Shown: piece by piece, positions 58,814 through 64,000 of the stretch
Position numbering within the stretch: the first letter of the stretch is position 1
Layout: the number at the start of each line of letters is the position of its first letter
Origin: Nitrosopumilus sp.
GTDB lineage: Archaea > Thermoproteota > Nitrososphaeria > Nitrososphaerales > Nitrosopumilaceae
DNA length: 64,000 nucleotides
Assembly: GCA_965207075.1 (NCBI GenBank)
Contig: CBDBLO010000002.1
Span: forward strand, 768,001 to 832,000
Reading direction: 5' to 3'
Notes under the pieces: model-generated
The model's database searches: none
What the model was told of the DNA's origin: nothing
The model's input: only the letters and a program-made list of their open reading frames with translations
Position numbers and translations under genes: made by a program

Positions 58814-60298
58814 TCACACCCCTATCTCTCCCCTCAGGACTATCTCCTCTGAGGTTCCTGACGGCGTGGACATGTCGTAATATGTGATCTCGTACCAGTC
58901 GCCTATGTGTATGACCTTGCCGTCGATCTGGCGCGGTATCTTGATCGTCACCTCGAACGTACCCGTGTTGGGGCCCGTCTCCACCATGTGGCTCCGGTTG
59001 GCATCAAACGCGCCGTGGTCAAGCGTCACCCTGATGTTGCCCTCGCTCCTGAACTCGAATCTGTTCAACGGTATCCTGTTCTCCTCCTTCGAGTCCATGT
59101 TCGCGTCAGGCTCGTATATCCTGAGCGTGAACTCGTGCCCTATGCGCTTCTTGCCGTCACCCTCCGACTGCATGTGGGCATACGTGCTTGAGAGCGTGAA
59201 CGATTTTGTGACCGACTGGCTCTCGCCCGATCTGCCCGCCTGGTCGATATACGTGACGTCCACCACGTCGTTGTGGGTAATCGGCCGCCCGTCTATCGTG
59301 GGCGGAAGCTCCAGCCTGACGTGGAACTGCCCCGTGTCGGGGCCCGTCTCAGTCATGGTGTCGGGGCCCTCTATTGGAATGCCGTTTATGGCAAACTTGA
59401 GCAGCCCCTCTGTGGGTATGGTCTCTGCCGCGTTCGAGGCGACGTTCAGATCGTCGTCTGTGACGTAAAAGTTCAAGACAGTCGAGCTTGATGCGGGGAT
59501 CGTACTGACGCTGCCCTGGTGTGCGCTGCGCCGCTCCTGCTCGTCCGTCTTTGATGCCGTTGTTGATGATGATGGTGACGACGACGAATTGGTGGCCGGC
59601 TCTGCCACCGCACCTGATTCCGGCCCTGCAGTGGCGCTGTCCGTACTGTTCTGCCCCGCGTGTGGCGTCTGAGCCTCCGCCGCCTCCGGGCCCCCGACGG
59701 CATCCGCCGCGCCGGTTGTCGCGTTGCTGCCAGTTATGGCGCCGCTGCTGCCGCTTACTGCAGCTCCGCTTGTGGAATTGTCCGCGCCAAGTGATGTGCC
59801 GTGGCCGTCTCCGGGCGGATCCCCGCTCGACTCGCCTGCGCCGGCCCCCGCTCCGCCCTGCGCCTGGCCTGTCTCCTCTGATGCGGTCCCGGCGGTGGCC
59901 GTGCTGGGCCCTATTATCCTCTCTATTATGCCCCTCTCTGCCAGTATCTCCGCGGTTCCTGGCGTGACGCACACCGGCTCTTGGCTCGCCCTGATTGCAA
60001 GCACGTGGTGCACACGGCATGTGACGTCTTGCGGCATGACGCCCGACTCTGTCTGCTTTTTTGGCGGCTCGAGGTCCGCCTCGGTGGACGGCAGCGGTTG
60101 CCCATCCCCGGCGTCTGCAAACGCGCTCTGCGCATAATCATGATAGTCTTGCAGTACACTGCTGCTGCTGCTGCTGCTGTCGTGGCCGTCGCTATGGGTT
60201 ACGTACGTCGCCATGGCCCCGGCGCATAGCAAGGTACAGCACACTGCTGCCGCCATCCAGTAACGGCAATCCATGCCTGGTTTTGTTGTATTTGTCAT
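58814..60298 (-). CDS. secreted protein with low-complexity linker and two ETGPxTG-F domains
   Basis: signal peptide; CRVHHVLAI...PVCVTPGTA motif; MTETGPDTGQF and VETGPNTGTF typical of thaumarchaeal surface proteins. Confidence 0.8.
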   Translation of the reverse strand: MTNTTKPGMDCRYWMAAAVCCTLLCAGAMATYVTHSDGHDSSSSSSSVLQDYHDYAQSAFADAGDGQPLPSTEADLEPPKKQTESGVMPQDVTCRVHHVLAIRASQEPVCVTPGTAEILAERGIIERIIGPSTATAGTASEETGQAQGGAGAGAGESSGDPPGDGHGTSLGADNSTSGAAVSGSSGAITGSNATTGAADAVGGPEAAEAQTPHAGQNSTDSATAGPESGAVAEPATNSSSSPSSSTTASKTDEQERRSAHQGSVSTIPASSSTVLNFYVTDDDLNVASNAAETIPTEGLLKFAINGIPIEGPDTMTETGPDTGQFHVRLELPPTIDGRPITHNDVVDVTYIDQAGRSGESQSVTKSFTLSSTYAHMQSEGDGKKRIGHEFTLRIYEPDANMDSKEENRIPLNRFEFRSEGNIRVTLDHGAFDANRSHMVETGPNTGTFEVTIKIPRQIDGKVIHIGDWYEITYYDMSTPSGTSEEIVLRGEIGV

Positions 60299-60379
60299 AA
60301 AAGTATTGGGCACCGGGTGCCCGGATGGCGCGCAGATTTTGCCTGCGCGTAATCTAAACTTAATTAGCATCGCACCGCA

Positions 60380-61231
60380 ATGCACGTGTTGAAGAGGGTC
60401 GGACTGCTGGGCTGCGGCACAATCGGTTCTGCAATCGCGCTTGCGATAGAGGACCGTTCCATACGGGCCGAGCTGACTCACATTTATGACGCTTCACGCG
60501 CCGCTGCAGAGTCACTTGCATCCCGCCTTCCGGAATCCAGGCCTGAGATAACGTCCAACCCGAACCTGCTGTTTACAAGCCGCACCGACATCATAGTAGA
60601 GGCCGCCGCCCAGCAGGCCCTCCGGGACTCGGCCCTGGCAGTGGTACAGAACCGCAAGGACCTCATGATAATGTCCGTCGGGGCCCTGCTTGACGACTCG
60701 ATTCATGACGTGATATTCGAGGCTGCAAAAGAGTTCGGCACCCGCATCATCATCCCGAGTGGGGCCATAGCCGGGCTTGACGGCATAAGTGCGGTTCGTG
60801 ACAAGCTGGAGCGCGTCACGCTGACCACCACGAAGCACCCCGACTCGCTGCGGGGGGCGCCGTTCTTTGACAAGTCGGACGCCGTCCCCGACGGAATCAC
60901 CTCGCCTGCCGTGCTGTACGAGGGCCCCGCAGTGGACGCCGTCTCCCTGTTTCCCGCAAACGTGAACGTTGCCGCCGCCCTCTCGCTTGCGGGTATAGGA
61001 GGGAGCAGGACCGTCGTGCGCATGGTGGCCGATCCCAACACGGACAGGAACACCCACAAGGTCGAGGCGTCCGGGGCCTTTGGGAGGATGACGTTTGAGA
61101 TTGAGAACGTGCCGTCCCCGACAAACCCGAAGACGAGCTGGCTTGCCGTGCTCTCCGCAGTCGAGGCGCTTGCGGGATACTGTTCGGATGACGGCAGCCG
61201 TGGCAGGAACGACGCCGCGCGCAATAGGTGA
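60380..61231 (+). CDS. nadX: L-aspartate dehydrogenase
   Basis: GCGTIG, EAA, MSVGAL, SGAIAGLD, FPANVNVAA, NPKTS; next to nadA. Confidence 0.93.
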   Translation: MHVLKRVGLLGCGTIGSAIALAIEDRSIRAELTHIYDASRAAAESLASRLPESRPEITSNPNLLFTSRTDIIVEAAAQQALRDSALAVVQNRKDLMIMSVGALLDDSIHDVIFEAAKEFGTRIIIPSGAIAGLDGISAVRDKLERVTLTTTKHPDSLRGAPFFDKSDAVPDGITSPAVLYEGPAVDAVSLFPANVNVAAALSLAGIGGSRTVVRMVADPNTDRNTHKVEASGAFGRMTFEIENVPSPTNPKTSWLAVLSAVEALAGYCSDDGSRGRNDAARNR

Positions 61232-61390
61232 CGGCAATGCCTGCCCTGGTTGCCCGCCGCTGCCGCGTAATCCATGCTGGACGGTACCGCTCAAGCGTAT
61301 AATATGGCAATTATTGCCGCACGCCTGCGGTTTTAGTCACGTAATGGTCTGTTTGTAACGCTTTAAATCACCTTTGGGCCTATCTGACAA

Positions 61391-62404
61391 ATGACCATGC
61401 TCATCTCTGAACGCCGTCAACAACAGCAGCAACAACAGCAACCGCAGCAACAGCAGCAGCAGGTGTCCGACCTCAAGGAGGAGATTCTGCGCCTCAAGGA
61501 GGAAAAGGACGTGGTCATACTGGCCCACAACTACCAGGTGCCCGACGTCCAGGACGTGGCCGACTATACGGGCGACTCGCTTGGGCTCTCCCGGCAGGCC
61601 GCGCAGGTGGACCGGCAGACCATACTGTTCTGCGGCGTGCACTTTATGGCGGAGACTGCCGCCATCATCAGTCCGCACAAGAGGGTGCTCATCCCGGAGC
61701 TTGACGCCGGATGCTCCCTGTCTGATTCCATAACCGTAGAGGAGCTCCGCGACTGGAAGGCAGCGCACCCCGGTTCCATATCGGTCGGGTACGTCAACAC
61801 GACCGCGGAGGTAAAGGCGGAGCTGGACTACTGCTGCACCTCCTCAAACGCGGTAAAGGTGGTGGACTCCATCCCCGCCGAGAAGGAGATACTCTTCCTG
61901 CCTGACATGTTTCTTGGGTCGTACGTGGCCAAGGTGACCGGGCGGAAGAACATGCGCATATGGGCCGGCGAGTGCCACGTGCATGCCGGAATCACGCCGC
62001 AGGACATAGAGGAGAAGCTGGCCTCCCTCAGGAACTCGGAGTTTGTAATACACCCGGAGTGCAGCTGCACCACGCCGATGATGTACGATGCGGCATCCGG
62101 CGGGTTCGGGGACGCAAAGGTGTCCGTGCTGTCCACCGAAGGCATGCTCAAGCACGTGGCCGCGTCACCCTCGCGGAACTTTGTCGTGGCGACGGAGACC
62201 GGAATCCTGTACCGCATGAGAAAGCAGAACCCCACAAAGAACTTTGTGCCTGCGTCTGAAAACGCAGAGTGCCAGTACATGAAGATGATAACGCTCCAAA
62301 AGGTGTACGACTCGCTTCTAAACGAGCGCAGCGTCGTGAGCGTCCCCCCGCACATAGCCGACAGGGCGCGCCTCGCAATAGAGCGTATGCTTGAGATCGG
62401 CTGA
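61391..62404 (+). CDS. nadA: quinolinate synthase with N-terminal poly-Gln
   Basis: LAHNYQ, GDSL, CGVHFMAE, AGCSL, YVNT, HPEC, CQYMK. Confidence 0.97.
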   Translation: MTMLISERRQQQQQQQQPQQQQQQVSDLKEEILRLKEEKDVVILAHNYQVPDVQDVADYTGDSLGLSRQAAQVDRQTILFCGVHFMAETAAIISPHKRVLIPELDAGCSLSDSITVEELRDWKAAHPGSISVGYVNTTAEVKAELDYCCTSSNAVKVVDSIPAEKEILFLPDMFLGSYVAKVTGRKNMRIWAGECHVHAGITPQDIEEKLASLRNSEFVIHPECSCTTPMMYDAASGGFGDAKVSVLSTEGMLKHVAASPSRNFVVATETGILYRMRKQNPTKNFVPASENAECQYMKMITLQKVYDSLLNERSVVSVPPHIADRARLAIERMLEIG

Positions 62405-62409
62405 TTGAG

Positions 62410-62820
62410 ATGACGGGTCTCTTATGGCGGCGCGGCTCGGACAATCCCAAAAAGGGAATGGGCGGCAGGCTCCTCAAGGAGTTCAAGAAGCTCGTCAGGG
62501 ACAAAAAGTACGACGAGGCCCTCCGATGCGGCAGAAACTACATACGCCAGATAGGGGATCACAACCACGACCTCTTCTTTACGATGGGGGCCATATACTA
62601 CACGCAGAAGCGCTACGGGCAGTCACTCGAGTACCTGGACAGGGCGCTCGAGATCGGCTCGTACGACACGGAGGCGCTCTTGCTAAAGGCCAGGGCCCAC
62701 ATGATCCTCGGCCAAAAGACCAAGGCGGAGCAGTCGTGCAGGAAGATACAAGAGATCGACCCGGGGCACGAGGAGGCTATGAGCATACTTGACTCGATGA
62801 AGCGGCCGAAAGGGCGCTAG
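62410..62820 (+). CDS. tetratricopeptide repeat protein
   Basis: GAIYY...YLDRALEI...ALLLKA...EIDP; start uncertain. Confidence 0.85.
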   Translation: MTGLLWRRGSDNPKKGMGGRLLKEFKKLVRDKKYDEALRCGRNYIRQIGDHNHDLFFTMGAIYYTQKRYGQSLEYLDRALEIGSYDTEALLLKARAHMILGQKTKAEQSCRKIQEIDPGHEEAMSILDSMKRPKGR

Positions 62821-63668
62821 ACCTCCAGGCTCATGTCTATTCCTGACACCGAATGCGTTATGAACCCCACGGATATCATGTCGGCCCCGCTGCTCGCGTA
62901 CGCCGATATGTTCCTGCCGGTTATCCCGCCCGATGCCTCTATGCGTACCCCGTCGCGGAGCCCCTCTGATTCCAGGCGCCGTATTGCCGCCCTGACCTGC
63001 CGTGGCGTAAAGTTGTCCAGCATTATGATGCCCGCCCCGGCGCGCGCCGCAGTGATGGCGCCCTCCACGCTGTCGACCTCCGCCTCCAGGCCGCCGCGCC
63101 TGCCACCTGCCTTTCTTATCAGATGCTCGAGCGCCGCTTCCGGGGCGAGGCCTGCCATCAGCAGAGAGGCGGCCGCGACATGGTTGTCCTTTATCATTAT
63201 GGACTCGTCAAGCCCCATCCTGTGCCTCCTGCCGCCGCCAATCTCGACTGCCTCCTTGTCAAACATGCGCAGCCCGGGCGCGGTCTTTCTGGTCGCGTAT
63301 ATCCCGACTCCTGCCGGCAGCCTGCCTGCAATCTCGGCGGTCCTGGTCGCGATGCCGCTCATCCTTGAGAGCAGGTTGAGCGCGGTCCGCTCGCACGCAA
63401 GCACGGCCCTAGCCTCCCCTCTGACCTTCATTATCACGTCGCCTGCAGATACACTGGATCCGTCGGGCTTGAGCGTCCTGCACCTGCATCCCTTCAGCCT
63501 GAATATCTCCCTCGCGTGCGCGGTTCCGGCCACAGTTGCTTCCTGTCTTGTGATTATGCTTGCCGTAATCACGCCCCTTGGCAGGAGCGCGCCCGTAACG
63601 TCCCCCCTTCCAACGTCCTCTGCTAGGAACCTGCGGAGGTGGCGCCGCGCATCCTGCGTGATCCTCAT
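62817..63668 (-). CDS. nadC: nicotinate-nucleotide diphosphorylase (carboxylating)
   Basis: AEDVGRGDVT, ERTALN, TRKTAPG, HRMGL, KDNH, MLDN, EASGGI. Confidence 0.96.
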   Translation of the reverse strand: MRITQDARRHLRRFLAEDVGRGDVTGALLPRGVITASIITRQEATVAGTAHAREIFRLKGCRCRTLKPDGSSVSAGDVIMKVRGEARAVLACERTALNLLSRMSGIATRTAEIAGRLPAGVGIYATRKTAPGLRMFDKEAVEIGGGRRHRMGLDESIMIKDNHVAAASLLMAGLAPEAALEHLIRKAGGRRGGLEAEVDSVEGAITAARAGAGIIMLDNFTPRQVRAAIRRLESEGLRDGVRIEASGGITGRNISAYASSGADMISVGFITHSVSGIDMSLEV

Positions 63669-63884
63669 CACATGCCGTACCTGCCTGTTTTCCTTAAACA
63701 TTTGCCGTCGGCAAGAAGTCCTGCCATGCCTGATCTGCCATGCCTGATCCGCGATGCCGCCGCGGTATGATGCCGCCGCGGTATGATGACAATGACGTTG
63801 GTTGCGGCTGTGATTGTGATTATGGCGGGCATACTTTCACGGCGCATGCGCATGTCCGTCACGCCCCGTCCGGCCGTAGATGGG

Positions 63885-64000
63885 TTATGTAACCTTGATT
63901 GCGTACTTGCCCCTCTGGGTTATGCCGAGCGTCTTTGATATCTTGGAGTTGGTGGGATCAACCACCAGAACTATCCCGTTCCAGTCCGGGGTCAGATCCG
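63885..64000 (-). CDS. spt4: transcription elongation factor Spt4 (RpoE''), 3' part, truncated by the window edge
   Basis: reverse-strand reading DLTPDWNGIVLVVDPTNSKISKTLGITQRGKYAIKVT-stop. Confidence 0.9.
   Translation of the reverse strand, partial: DLTPDWNGIVLVVDPTNSKISKTLGITQRGKYAIKVT

Noticed and set aside
1-64000. Complete DGR cassette (RT, template repeat, accessory gene) in the window
   Set aside because: No ORF with reverse-transcriptase motifs and no non-coding A-rich copy of a variable repeat was seen; only the target-side signature is reported

Overview
High-GC archaeal DNA. Gene content and order on the right (archaeal coaD, trpS, pheS/pheT, cupredoxin, nadX-nadA-nadC, spt4, intron-containing tRNA-Leu) point to Nitrososphaerota/Nitrosopumilaceae, probably a Cenarchaeum-like host-associated lineage (inference). 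The window splits at tRNA-Ile (45.5 kb). Left of it is an accessory island. Positions 1-10 kb hold AT-rich orphans, an MNT-HEPN toxin-antitoxin pair, a GIY-YIG-like ORF and IS elements. Positions 10.6-45.1 kb hold four giant modular secreted/surface proteins (beta-propeller, S8 protease, DUF285/BspA-like, P-domain, PKD, FN3, DUF5011-like) separated by IS66, IS110 and IS481 elements. Right of tRNA-Ile is core genome with two small toxin-antitoxin insertions. Best leads: (1) codon-level hypervariability with an NNT/adenine-centred signature confined to loop codons of otherwise homogenised repeats, which resembles DGR mutagenesis although no reverse transcriptase is in the window; (2) poly-G tracts at the 5' ends of two surface genes, one in frame and one out of frame; (3) an IS110-family element inserted at an AG/CT core next to an IS66 terminal repeat, with candidate bridge-RNA guides; (4) directional AT->GC decay of pseudogenes. 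All domain calls come from motif recognition by eye; no searches were run.
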